The translations under genes and the position numbers were made by a program. From NCBI GenBank assembly GCA_047601445.1, contig JASGJH010000001.1, positions 2,592,001 through 2,656,000 of the forward strand: a DNA stretch of 64,000 nucleotides, written 5' to 3'. This document shows positions 1-8,959 of this stretch, one piece after another. Within the stretch, counting starts at the first letter, position 1. Each line of letters begins with the position of its first letter. The notes beneath the pieces are model-generated. The model was not told the origin of the DNA, did not search any database, and saw only the letters and a program-made list of their open reading frames with translations. This stretch comes from Myxococcales bacterium (lineage in GTDB: Bacteria; Myxococcota_A; Polyangia; Polyangiales; DASUME01).

Positions 1-199
1 CGCTGCGCTCGGGGTGAGCCTCGTCGATGGCCCCTGGAGGGCTGAGGTCGCCCCGCTTGACCTGCTCCAAATCGGGCGGGACGTAGCCGGGCTCGCCTTC
101 GGTGAGCTGCTGGGCTGGCTGGGCCGACCCGAATCCGGGCGAGGCAAACGCTCCGATGACGACGAGGATGGAGAACGCGAGATGGCGATAGGGCGTCAT
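1..199 (-). CDS. 5' part of a secreted protein (runs off the window edge)
   Basis: ATG at 199 with GGAG upstream; my translation MTPYRHLAFSILVVIGAFASPGFGSAQP... looks like a signal peptide; follows the 220..1449 gene in the same orientation. Confidence 0.55.
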   Translation of the reverse strand, partial: MTPYRHLAFSILVVIGAFASPGFGSAQPAQQLTEGEPGYVPPDLEQVKRGDLSPPGAIDEAHPERS

Positions 200-219
200 G
201 ACTTTCACTCCGGTCAGAC

Positions 220-1449
220 TCAGGGCATGCATTGCGGGTTGCAGTTCGCAGCGTCGCAGCTGGTGAGCGAGTAGGCCGCGCCCGACGGACGCGAGGGAGC
301 CGAGGCGCGCTTGAGAATCTCGGCCGTACCCGTGGAGATGGCTGCTTGGTTGCAAGCCGCCGAGGTAGCGCATACGCCGGTGGCCAGGGCCCACTGCGCG
401 CGGCAAGGTCCATCGGCATTGCCCGGCGTCTGACAGGCGGTCGACGGATCCTTGGTGCCGCAGAAGCTCTCGATGGGTCCGTTGGTGCCGTCGTAGCCGC
501 TCTTGTGCTCGAACATGCAGTTTCGAAGATCGACGCAGAGCTGGACCAGCGTGGCGTCCGTCTTGTCGAAGCACTCGCCGACCGCGTTGTACGTATCGAA
601 GTCCCGGCAGTTGTCTTCGCGGCACTGCTTGCAGGCCGCCTTCTGCTCAGGCTTGTCTCCGTAGACGACCCCTGCGTCGCTGCCGCCACCGCCAGCATCA
701 TGCTGGTGTCCAGCATCGGACCCGGAGCCACCCGCGTCCGCGTGGTGGCCAGCGTCATGTCCGGCGTCTGCGTGAGTGCCGCCGTCGTGAGTGCCAGCGT
801 CGTGACCGCCGCCCGCGTCGCTCGCTCCCGTGCCCGAATCCATCGAGCCGTCGTCCGTGCCCGAGTCCAGCGGATACGTGCAATCCGTCCGACACTCGTC
901 GGTATCCACGGCGTTACCGTCGTCACACTGCTCGCCCAAATCCAGCAGGCCGTTGCCGCACAGCGCAGGGGCCAGCGTGCAGTCGCTGCGACAGCTGTCA
1001 CCGTTGGCCTGATTGCCGTCGTCGCACTCCTCGGTGGGACTCTTGATGCGATCGCCACAGCGTACGAGGGTGCAGCGTGGCGTGCAGGTCGCACTGCCCT
1101 CGGCGCCGTCGTCGCACTCCTCGCCACCGTCAACTTGGCCGTTGCCGCAGCCGGCGGGGGTCTCCACCTTGCAGCGCGAGTCGCAGCCGTCGCCGTCGCG
1201 CTCGTTGCCGTCGTCACAGACCTCGTCGCCAACCAAACAGCTGTCCCCGCAGGCATTGGCGATGCACGCCCCGTAGACGCAGTGGCTCAAGCCCTCGCCG
1301 CAGGGTGTGCAGTCGGGTGCCTGGTCACAGCTGGCCTGTTTGGACTCTCCGCCCTGATCGGGCGCCGTGTGGAGCAGCTCGATCTTGCGATCGTCGCCGC
1401 AGCCGACCAGCGGTAGAGCGAGGCCCAGCAGATAGAATGCCCTTCGCAT
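220..1449 (-). CDS. Lipoprotein with four Myxococcus Cys-rich (DUF4215-type) repeats, His/DAG-rich linker and Cys-rich C-terminal domain
   Basis: Start moved to MRRAFYLLGLALPLVG-C (lipobox, GGGAG RBS); CGxGxxxxxEECDDGN-type repeats; HDAG linker. Confidence 0.85.
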   Translation of the reverse strand: MRRAFYLLGLALPLVGCGDDRKIELLHTAPDQGGESKQASCDQAPDCTPCGEGLSHCVYGACIANACGDSCLVGDEVCDDGNERDGDGCDSRCKVETPAGCGNGQVDGGEECDDGAEGSATCTPRCTLVRCGDRIKSPTEECDDGNQANGDSCRSDCTLAPALCGNGLLDLGEQCDDGNAVDTDECRTDCTYPLDSGTDDGSMDSGTGASDAGGGHDAGTHDGGTHADAGHDAGHHADAGGSGSDAGHQHDAGGGGSDAGVVYGDKPEQKAACKQCREDNCRDFDTYNAVGECFDKTDATLVQLCVDLRNCMFEHKSGYDGTNGPIESFCGTKDPSTACQTPGNADGPCRAQWALATGVCATSAACNQAAISTGTAEILKRASAPSRPSGAAYSLTSCDAANCNPQCMP

Positions 1450-1497
1450 GAGATCTCCCTCGTGCCTGGTTGACGGCGCGAGCATCTGCGGGACGGC

Positions 1498-2076
1498 TCA
1501 GAGCTTGGCCGTGCCTGGTTCCTTCTCGAGACAGACTTTGCAGAAGCGCGCTTCGCAAACTCGCAGCGCGTGGGCCACGCCGAGCGGACGCTGGACGTTG
1601 TCGTATTTGTGCATCATTTCAGTGAGCACGGTCTCGCGTGCGGCCGTCCAGAACACCTGCTGGCACGGGCCGTTGGGCGCCGTCTTGCCAAACACACAGG
1701 CCTCCGTCTCCACGGTGCCGCAGAAGCAATCGATGGTGCCCATGGGCCCGATGCCACAGTGATTCTCGGACATGCACTTCTTGGCGGCGGTGCACTGCTC
1801 GGTGAACAGGGGGTCCGCGTTCGCGAAGCAGTCCTTGATGGGATTGAAGTTCATGCCTTCGATGTTGCTGCACTGGCGCTGCCTGCAGGCGCGGCACGAG
1901 TTATCGGCCTGGGCGGCGTCTCCCGTGGTGATTTCGCCGGGAACGGCCTGGGCAGCCTGGGGAGGCTCGACCTTCGCGGCGCTCTCGGCGACCGCCGGAG
2001 CCTCGGCCTCGGGCTTGTTACACGCCACGGCCAGCGCGGCGAACGAGCAAACCAAGAGAACAGCTTTCCAGCGCAT
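1498..2076 (-). CDS. Small lipoprotein consisting mainly of the shared Cys-rich domain
   Basis: MRWKAVLLVCSFAALAVA-C lipobox; CRAC...FCGT...NGPC...RPLG motif order matches neighbours' C-termini. Confidence 0.8.
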   Translation of the reverse strand: MRWKAVLLVCSFAALAVACNKPEAEAPAVAESAAKVEPPQAAQAVPGEITTGDAAQADNSCRACRQRQCSNIEGMNFNPIKDCFANADPLFTEQCTAAKKCMSENHCGIGPMGTIDCFCGTVETEACVFGKTAPNGPCQQVFWTAARETVLTEMMHKYDNVQRPLGVAHALRVCEARFCKVCLEKEPGTAKL

Positions 2077-2145
2077 CACGGGAGGACTCCTGAGCTCGCG
2101 CGAGGGGGTCTCGCAGCACGAGCAGCCAGGCCTTCCTAGCTCGGA

Positions 2146-2178
2146 CATGAGGACGACTCGGTGACAACTCGGCGAACG
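2146..2178 (-). promoter_or_regulatory. Possible pho-box-like direct repeats upstream of the 1498..2076 gene
   Basis: Minus strand cgTTCGCcgag ttGTCACcgag tcGTCCTcatg, 11-bp period. Confidence 0.4.
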
Positions 2179-2266
2179 CATCGCAACGTTAGTTGCCCTG
2201 GGGGACGCCCCTACGGCTGGCTGCTCCACCTCATTAAAGGAGAGAGAGGGCGGACCCGGTTAAGAG

Positions 2267-2304
2267 ACAAACGGGAGACCAACCGAAGTTGGCCTCCCGT
2301 CTGT
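2267..2304 (-). terminator. Intrinsic terminator after the 2343..3977 gene
   Basis: Minus strand acagacgggaggccaac-TTCG-gttggtctcccgtttgt hairpin (cUUCGg tetraloop) running into a U-rich tail. Confidence 0.8.
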
Positions 2305-2342
2305 GGTTTCGAGCGCTTTGAGGAAACGCTCAGCTACTCAGC

Positions 2343-3977
2343 TCACTGGGGCTTGCAGACCGCGCAGTTGGCGGAGTCGCAGTTGGTGAGCGAGTAAGCA
2401 GCACCCGAGGGACGGCTGGGGCTGGAGGCGCGACCGAGGATGGTGGCCAAGCCGCCGTCGATGGCAGCCTGGTTGCAAGCCGCAGCGCTGGTGCAGACGG
2501 AGGTGGCAAGGGCCCACTCGACGCGGCAGGGGCCGTTGGCGCCGCCGGCGTTCTGGCAGGTGGTGGAGGGATCCGCGGTGCCGCAGAAGCTCTCGATGGC
2601 GCCGTTGGTCGGGTCGTAGCCGCTCTTGTGGTCGTACATGCAGTTACGCAGGTCGACGCAGAGCTGGACCTTGGCGGAGTCCGCGTCCTCGAAGCAGTGA
2701 CCGACGGCGTCGTAGCTGTCGAAGTCACGGCAGTTGGCCTGGCGGCAGGTCGCGCAAGCGGCGATCTTCTGGGCCTTATCGGTGACGGGGCTAAGCTTGC
2801 AGTTGGTCTCGCAGCCGTCGCCGTTCACGAGGTTGCCGTCGTCGCAAGCTTCGACGCCCGCCTGGACAACCGCGTCGCCGCACTTGGCATTCTGGCACTT
2901 GGGCGTGGTGGCGTCGTAGGTGCAGGTGTCGGTGTTGATCAGGTTGCCGTCGTCGCACTGCTCGTTGAGCGAGGCCTGGACGATGCCGTCGCCGCAGCCG
3001 GGGTTGCGGCAGCTGTTCGGGCAAGCGTCGGTGTTGACCTGGTTGCCGTCGTCGCAATCCTCGCCGGGATCGACGCGGGCATTGCCGCAGGCGATGGTCT
3101 TGCAGGTGGTGGCGCAGGTGTCGGCGTTGCTGCCGTTACCGTCGTCGCACTCTTCGACGCCCGTGAAGACGACGCCGTCGCCGCAGACGTTGTTCTTGCA
3201 GTTGTCCGTGCAGGCGTCGTTGGGCGTGTTGGGGGTGTCGCACTCTTCGACGCCGCTGACCGCTCCGTCGCCACAGGCGATGGACTGGGTGCACTCGACG
3301 GTCATGGTGAGCGCGTCGTGGCAATCGCCAAGGTTCGCGATCGTGGCCGTGATGGTCTTGATGCCGGGGGTGGCGCAGGTGTAGACCGTGTCGTAGCCGG
3401 TGCCGACGGTGAAGGTGCCGTCCGTGGCCGTCCACTTCACATCGCTGTCACCGTGCGAGATGCCAGCCGTGAAGGCCATGGTCGCGCCGGTGAACGCCTC
3501 GGCGGGAATCGCCTGGAGGGTGGTGACGAGCGGACAGGACTTGAACTGACCGTCGACGATGAGGTCGGCCTTGTCGTCCGTGGCCTGGCAGGTAAGGACC
3601 ACCGTCACGGAGGTGGTCTGGTTGTTGATGATGTTGAACATCTGCGAGCCCTGGCAGGGCTGGTTGAAGCTGGTGGTCGCGCCGAGCGCGATGGTGTAGC
3701 CGTTCTGGATCGGGAGGTTGCCGACGCGGAAGGCGAGCTTGGAGCTGTTGCCCACCGGAACCACGCCGTTGCGGATGAAGCCGCCGGGGCCGGTGATGCT
3801 GTAGTTCACGCTGGTGACTTCGCTGTCGTCGGGCAGCGTAAGGGCCATGCCGAGCTCACCGACTTCGTGATTGCTCGCGCCGATCTTTCCGTTGTCCTTG
3901 GTGGACTCGGTTCCACACCCGCCAACGGCCACGGAGCCGATAGCGAGCGCGGCAAGTACGCTCTTGTAGAGTTGCAT
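2343..3977 (-). CDS. Lipoprotein: beta-rich N-terminal region, five Myxococcus Cys-rich (DUF4215-type) repeats, shared Cys-rich C-terminal domain
   Basis: MQLYKSVLAALAIGSVAVGG-C lipobox with AGGAGG RBS; five CGDG..E.CDDGN-type repeats; strongly GC3-biased codons. Confidence 0.9.
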   Translation of the reverse strand: MQLYKSVLAALAIGSVAVGGCGTESTKDNGKIGASNHEVGELGMALTLPDDSEVTSVNYSITGPGGFIRNGVVPVGNSSKLAFRVGNLPIQNGYTIALGATTSFNQPCQGSQMFNIINNQTTSVTVVLTCQATDDKADLIVDGQFKSCPLVTTLQAIPAEAFTGATMAFTAGISHGDSDVKWTATDGTFTVGTGYDTVYTCATPGIKTITATIANLGDCHDALTMTVECTQSIACGDGAVSGVEECDTPNTPNDACTDNCKNNVCGDGVVFTGVEECDDGNGSNADTCATTCKTIACGNARVDPGEDCDDGNQVNTDACPNSCRNPGCGDGIVQASLNEQCDDGNLINTDTCTYDATTPKCQNAKCGDAVVQAGVEACDDGNLVNGDGCETNCKLSPVTDKAQKIAACATCRQANCRDFDSYDAVGHCFEDADSAKVQLCVDLRNCMYDHKSGYDPTNGAIESFCGTADPSTTCQNAGGANGPCRVEWALATSVCTSAAACNQAAIDGGLATILGRASSPSRPSGAAYSLTNCDSANCAVCKPQ

Positions 3978-4021
3978 CGTGATCAATCCTCCTGCCGCTG
4001 TTCGTTCCAGCAGCCCGAGGT

Positions 4022-4055
4022 TGGATAGACGCACTCGGTTACGATTGGGTGCGCA
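4022..4055 (-). promoter_or_regulatory. Pho-box-like promoter for the 2343..3977 gene
   Basis: Minus strand tgCGCACccaa tcGTAACcgag tgcgtc TATCCA (GTAAC-N10-TA). Confidence 0.5.
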
Positions 4056-4279
4056 ACACGCAACTAATTGAGGTTCGTCTCGTACATCTCTGGGCACGGA
4101 CAGCTTGCGTCGCTGAAGGTTACCGGCCGCGGAGCGTGAAGACCCTTTGCGCGGTTAATCGTGCACTCAGCTCGTCCTGAGCATTCGCAGTCTGCGAGAT
4201 CTGAAGGTCGCGTCTGCACTCAACACTACGCGAGCGAGTTCATTCGCGCATCCACAGGTCCATACGAAGAAGTTCCGTG

Positions 4280-4335
4280 AAATCACTGTTAGGCCATCTG
4301 AGAGCCGCAACTCCGTAACAAGGAGGGTCTACGAG
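4280..4335 (+). promoter_or_regulatory. Pho-box-like promoter for PstS-fold copy 1
   Basis: Four 11-bp units aaATCACtgtt agGCCATctga gaGCCGCaact ccGTAACaagg, then agggtc TACGAG. Confidence 0.6.
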
Positions 4336-4375
4336 GGTCATCGGTTGCCCAGATCGGCAGCAGGAGGAAAGTCAC

Positions 4376-6310
4376 ATGAACAAGAAAGCTATCGCATCCG
4401 CGCTAGCGCTCGGCCTGGCGAGCACCGCCAGCGCTCAGCTTAAGTTGAAGGGCTCGGACACGCTCTTCGAGATGACCCAGGAGATGCTGACGCTCTGTCA
4501 GATCAGCCCCACCGACCTCACCTATGATGGTGGCGGTTCGGGCGGCGGTCAGGCCGCGATGGCCGCGGGCACGCAGCGCGTTGCTCCCATGTCGCGCTTC
4601 ATCAACGCCGCGGGTTGCAGCGGTGCCGGCCCCGGCGACACGACCACGCGCTCCGGCTACGCCCACTCGCTCGACGCGATCGGCCTCTTCTCCGACAACA
4701 AGGAAGACACCACCTGCGACGACCTCGTCCACGACGCCGTCCTCACGATTGACCCGGCGGCCAACGGCAACGCCGGCGGCGACCCTGCCACCGAGTGCCC
4801 CAACTGCTCCGGCAACCAGTACACCATCAGCCAGTGGCAGCAGGTCCTCCGCATCGTCTACACCGGCCGTCACGACAACGTCCCCGGCTACAACGAGTGT
4901 TCGTTCGACCCGCCCGGCGCCACCGCCGGCGCGCGCAACTGCAGCAGCGACGTCCGCTACACGCTGGTGAACAACTGGGGCAACCTTTTCCAGGGCGGCT
5001 GCACCAATCCCGAGTGCACCACCCTCAAGCACGCTTTCCGCCGCGACGACATCTCCGGCACCACCGACACCTTCCTCGCCTTGATCTCCGTCAAGACCAT
5101 GTTCGCCAGCAACAGCGAATACCAGGGCGCTGACATCTTCTGCAACGGCAGCGAGTTCGAGGACAAGGACCCGATCCGTCGTACCTGCAGCGGCAACGGC
5201 GGCACCGGCGGTGAAGACGTCTGCCAGCGCACGACCTTCGCCCGCGAAGTTCCCTCGGTCGGCGTCCGCGTCGGCACCCTCTACCCGCAGCTCGAGAACG
5301 TGTGGCCGGCCGTCACCGCCGCCATCGTGCCCCCCGCGGCTGCCCCCGGCGACCTCGGTCTCGTGCTCCCGATCGTGATGCCCACGGATCCGGCCCAGCA
5401 CTACCCGAACAACAACGCCTGCAACGGCGACTACAAGCTTGCCTCCATGCCCACCTCGACCAACGGCGAAGAGCGCTGCCCGAACGGCGACTTCAAGAAC
5501 GGCGGTCTTTGCTACTGGCCCGTCGACGACGCGGGTAACTTCGGCTGCGTCGTGCAGTCGAACTTCCGCCCCGGCACCGGCGCGCTCGGCTTCAACAGCA
5601 AGATGGACGCCCGCGTGTACAACCTGACCACGCGCCTCCTCAACGGTCAGATCCCCACCGTCTCGCGCAAGCCCTCGGCGGCGCAGAACCCCGCCAACCG
5701 CACGTTCATCAACGGCGCCTTCTACCGCATCCATCAGAAGACCGCGGAGACCCAGGCCACCGCCGGCACCTTCTGCCGCGAGACCAACGACACCGCCCAG
5801 ATCGGCTGCCTCGTGCAGGCCAGCCCCTGCTCGCTCGGCTACGCCGGCCTCGCCGCCCAGACCAGCGACGCCAACGGTGACCCCATCGCCAACACCAACA
5901 AGTCCCTCGGTATCCGCGCGCCGCTCGCCAGCGCCGGCATCCAGTACCCCAGCAAGACCACCGCTCGTCGCCTGCTCTCCACGCCGGCTGGCGGCGCCAC
6001 GGGCACCTGCTCGGACTTCGGCTCGCGCTACCCGCTGTCCCGCAAGCTCTGGTTCAACACCTTCGTGGGCTTCAATAACCTGGCCGCCGGTGGCGCCACG
6101 GCCGCCGAGCAGCAGCTCGCTCGCTGCTTCGGCGACCGTCGCTTCACGGACCGCGCTGCCAAGCACGCCGGCTTCATCCTCCTCACGGACAACACCTGCT
6201 TGACCGACACCCTCCCCAACCCCGCGACCGTGTTCTCGCCGGACCCCACCTGCACGCTCACGGACGACAACCCCAGCTACGAGTTCTCGACCTGCGCCGT
6301 CAACCCCTGA
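4376..6310 (+). CDS. Secreted Cys-rich PstS-fold (phosphate-binding-protein-like) protein, copy 1
   Basis: Signal peptide ending ASA-Q; PstS-like motifs KGSDT, GGGSGGG, PMSR, RRDDISGTTDTF, LGYAG, YPLSRKLW; 24 Cys; AGGAGG RBS. Confidence 0.85.
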   Translation: MNKKAIASALALGLASTASAQLKLKGSDTLFEMTQEMLTLCQISPTDLTYDGGGSGGGQAAMAAGTQRVAPMSRFINAAGCSGAGPGDTTTRSGYAHSLDAIGLFSDNKEDTTCDDLVHDAVLTIDPAANGNAGGDPATECPNCSGNQYTISQWQQVLRIVYTGRHDNVPGYNECSFDPPGATAGARNCSSDVRYTLVNNWGNLFQGGCTNPECTTLKHAFRRDDISGTTDTFLALISVKTMFASNSEYQGADIFCNGSEFEDKDPIRRTCSGNGGTGGEDVCQRTTFAREVPSVGVRVGTLYPQLENVWPAVTAAIVPPAAAPGDLGLVLPIVMPTDPAQHYPNNNACNGDYKLASMPTSTNGEERCPNGDFKNGGLCYWPVDDAGNFGCVVQSNFRPGTGALGFNSKMDARVYNLTTRLLNGQIPTVSRKPSAAQNPANRTFINGAFYRIHQKTAETQATAGTFCRETNDTAQIGCLVQASPCSLGYAGLAAQTSDANGDPIANTNKSLGIRAPLASAGIQYPSKTTARRLLSTPAGGATGTCSDFGSRYPLSRKLWFNTFVGFNNLAAGGATAAEQQLARCFGDRRFTDRAAKHAGFILLTDNTCLTDTLPNPATVFSPDPTCTLTDDNPSYEFSTCAVNP

Positions 6311-6339
6311 ACGCGCTGTACGCCTAGAGCGTAGTGGAC

Positions 6340-6379
6340 GAGCCGGCCTCCGTGATGGGGGTCGGCTCGACTGCTTTTA
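6340..6379 (+). terminator. Hairpin/terminator after copy 1
   Basis: gagccggcctcc...gggggtcggctc followed by gactgctttt. Confidence 0.6.
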
Positions 6380-6469
6380 GCCGCGCGAAGCATCGCCCAT
6401 CCTCGTTACTTCCCGCGCGGACTCCTCGTGCTGCGCACGCTGCGGACCTCCGAAGGGTGAGAGTTTCGA

Positions 6470-6514
6470 CAATCACTCCGCTGACAACACGTCGTCACAA
6501 CAGGTGTTTACCAG
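6470..6514 (+). promoter_or_regulatory. Pho-box-like promoter for PstS-fold copy 2
   Basis: caATCACtccg ctGACAAcacg tcGTCACaaca ggtgtt TACCAG. Confidence 0.6.
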
Positions 6515-6552
6515 GGTTTCGATGCCCTGTTGGGCAGCAGGAGGAAAGTCAC

Positions 6553-8487
6553 ATGAACAAGAAAGCTATCGCATCCGCGCTAGCGCTCGGCCTGGCGAGC
6601 ACCGCCAGCGCTCAGCTCAAGCTGAAGGGCTCCGACACGCTCTTCGAGATGACCCAGGAGATGCTGACGCTCTGTCAGATCAGCCCTACCGATCTCACCT
6701 ATGATGGTGGCGGTTCGAGCGGTGGTCAGTCCGCGATGGCCGCAGGCACCCAGCGCGTGGCTCCGATGTCGCGCTTCATCAACGCCGCCGGCTGCACCGG
6801 CGCCGGCCCCGGCGACACCACCACCCGCTCCGGCTACGCCCACTCGCTCGACGCGATCGGCCTCTTCTCCGACAACACCGAAGACACCACCTGCGACGAC
6901 CTCGTCCACGACGCCGTCCTCACGATTGACCCAGCGGCCAACGGCAACGCCGGCGGCGACCCCGCCACCGAGTGCCCGAACTGCACTGGCAACCAGTACG
7001 TCATCAGCCAGTGGCAGCAGGTCCTTCGCATCGTCTACACCGGTCGTCACGACGTGGTCCCCGGCTACAACGAGTGCTCCTTCGACGCGCCCGGTGCCAC
7101 CGTTGGCGCGCGCCTCTGCAATAGTGACGTACGCAATACCCTGGTGAACAACTGGGGCAACCTCTTCCAGGGCGGCTGCACGGATCCCGAATGCACCAGC
7201 CTCCGGCACGCCTTCCGCCGCGACGACATCTCCGGCACCACCGACACCTTCCTTGCTCTGATCTCGGTCAAGGGCATGTTCGCGAGTAACGGCGACTATC
7301 AGGGCGCCGACATTTTCTGCAACGGCAGCGAGTTCGAGGATAAGGATCCCATCCGTCGCTTCTGCAGCGGCAACGGCGGCACCAGCGGTGAGAACGTCTG
7401 CCAGCGCCTCGTCTATGCTCGCGAGGTTCCCTCGGTCGGCGTCCGCGTCGGCACCCTCTACCCGCAACTCGAGAACGTATGGCCAGCGATCATCGCCGCC
7501 GTCGTGCCTCCTGGGCCCGCGGCAGGCGATTTGGGCCTCGTGCTCCCGATCGTGATGCCCACGGATCCCGCCCAGCACTACCCGAACAACAACGCCTGCA
7601 ACGGCGACTACAAGCTCGCGCCCATGCCCACATCGACGAACGCGGAAGAGCGCTGCCCGAACGGAGACTTCAAGTACGGCGGCCTCTGCTACTGGCCCGT
7701 CGACGCCGCAGGTAACTTCGGCTGCCTGGTGCAATCGAACTTCCGCCCCGGCACCGGTGCCATTGGCTTCAACAGCAAAATGGACGCCCGCGTGTACAAT
7801 CTCACCACGCGTCTCCCCAGCGGTGTGATCCCGACCATCTCGCGCAAGCCCTCGGCCGCGCAGAACCCAGTCAACCGCACGTTCATCAACGGCGCGTTCT
7901 ACCGCATCCACCAGCGCACCGCGGAGACCCTGGCCACCGCGGGCACTGTGTGCCGCGAGAGCAACGACACTGCGCAGATTGGCTGCCTCGTGCAGGCCAG
8001 TCCGTGCTCCATCGGCTACGCGGGTCTCGCGGCGCAGACCAGCGACGCCAACGGTGACCCCGTCGCCAACACCAACAAGTCCCTCGGTATCCGCGCGCCG
8101 CTTGCCACGGCGGGTATTCAGTATCCCAGCAAGACCACCGTTCGTCGCTTCCTCGCGACGCCGGCTGGCGGCGCCACCGGCACCTGCGCCGACTACGGCT
8201 CGCGCTATCCGCTGTCGCGCAAGCTCTGGTTCAACACCTTCGTGGGCTTCAACAACCTCGCCGCCGCTGGCGCTACGGCCGCCGAGCAGCAGCTCGCGCG
8301 TTGCTTCTCTGATCGGCGCTTCGTCGACCGCGCTGCCAAGCACGTCGGCTTCGTCACGCTGACGGACAACACGTGCGTGAGCGACGCGCTGCCGAACCCC
8401 GCGACTGCGTTCTCGCCGGACCCCACCTGCACGCTCACGGACGACAACCCGAGCTACGAGTTCTCGAGCTGCGCTGTGAATCCCTGA
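6553..8487 (+). CDS. Secreted Cys-rich PstS-fold protein, copy 2 (tandem paralog)
   Basis: Same 644-aa length as copy 1 and colinear with it; identical RBS region ggcagcaggaggaaagtcacATG. Confidence 0.85.
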   Translation: MNKKAIASALALGLASTASAQLKLKGSDTLFEMTQEMLTLCQISPTDLTYDGGGSSGGQSAMAAGTQRVAPMSRFINAAGCTGAGPGDTTTRSGYAHSLDAIGLFSDNTEDTTCDDLVHDAVLTIDPAANGNAGGDPATECPNCTGNQYVISQWQQVLRIVYTGRHDVVPGYNECSFDAPGATVGARLCNSDVRNTLVNNWGNLFQGGCTDPECTSLRHAFRRDDISGTTDTFLALISVKGMFASNGDYQGADIFCNGSEFEDKDPIRRFCSGNGGTSGENVCQRLVYAREVPSVGVRVGTLYPQLENVWPAIIAAVVPPGPAAGDLGLVLPIVMPTDPAQHYPNNNACNGDYKLAPMPTSTNAEERCPNGDFKYGGLCYWPVDAAGNFGCLVQSNFRPGTGAIGFNSKMDARVYNLTTRLPSGVIPTISRKPSAAQNPVNRTFINGAFYRIHQRTAETLATAGTVCRESNDTAQIGCLVQASPCSIGYAGLAAQTSDANGDPVANTNKSLGIRAPLATAGIQYPSKTTVRRFLATPAGGATGTCADYGSRYPLSRKLWFNTFVGFNNLAAAGATAAEQQLARCFSDRRFVDRAAKHVGFVTLTDNTCVSDALPNPATAFSPDPTCTLTDDNPSYEFSSCAVNP

Positions 8488-8517
8488 ACGCGCTGCATGC
8501 TTAGGGCGTAGTGGATT

Positions 8518-8552
8518 AGCCGATCCCCGAGAGGGATTGGCTCGACTGCTCT
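8518..8552 (+). terminator. Hairpin/terminator after copy 2
   Basis: agccgatccc-cgaga-gggattggct, same position as the copy 1 hairpin with changed but still pairing bases. Confidence 0.55.
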
Positions 8553-8634
8553 AGCCGCGCGAACGCATCGTCCTTCGCGCGTAGCTTCACCCCAACGACG
8601 CGCGCGATGTCGGTGTCACGTGTTACTCCGCGGC

Positions 8635-8782
8635 GCGGCCAAGCACAACGGGTTCATGCTCATCTCGGACAACAGCTGCTTGACCGACGCCCTCCCGAAC
8701 TAATTTCGCGCCCGACCCCACGTGCACGCTCACCGACGACAACCCCGGCTACGAGTCCTCGACCTGCACCACCAACCCCTGA
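8635..8782 (+). pseudogene. Decayed 3' remnant of a third PstS-fold copy
   Basis: Translates as AAKHNGFMLISDNSCLTDALPN* then, after a frameshift, FAPDPTCTLTDDNPGYESSTCTTNP*, matching the C-termini of copies 1 and 2. Confidence 0.85.
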
Positions 8783-8860
8783 CCCAACGCACGCTTCGAG
8801 CGTCATCGACGAGCCGGCCTACGCTAGGGAGCCACCTCTCGTCCGCGTTTGGACGCACGA

Positions 8861-8882
8861 GCGGCACGGAGTTGTCACCAAT
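8861..8882 (+). promoter_or_regulatory. Pho-box-like repeat pair upstream of the cytochrome gene
   Basis: gcGGCACggag ttGTCACcaat, 11-bp spacing. Confidence 0.5.
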
Positions 8883-8959
8883 CCGCGTTTCTTCGCCTGC
8901 TAGTTTCCCTGCGCCGCGCCCCCCGCGGGGTGGCGGCACTTTCATGTGTGGAGCTTCCG

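Noticed and set aside
2790..3280. Repeated gttgccgtcgtcgca motifs that could suggest a CRISPR or DNA repeat array (also 900-1220)
   Set aside because: They encode the CDDGN protein repeats; irregular spacing, degenerate third positions and no cas genes
6334..6552. 73-aa N-terminal extension of PstS-fold copy 2, and similar extensions on many ORF-track calls
   Set aside because: Overlaps the terminator and promoter; RBS and alignment with copy 1 place the start at 6553
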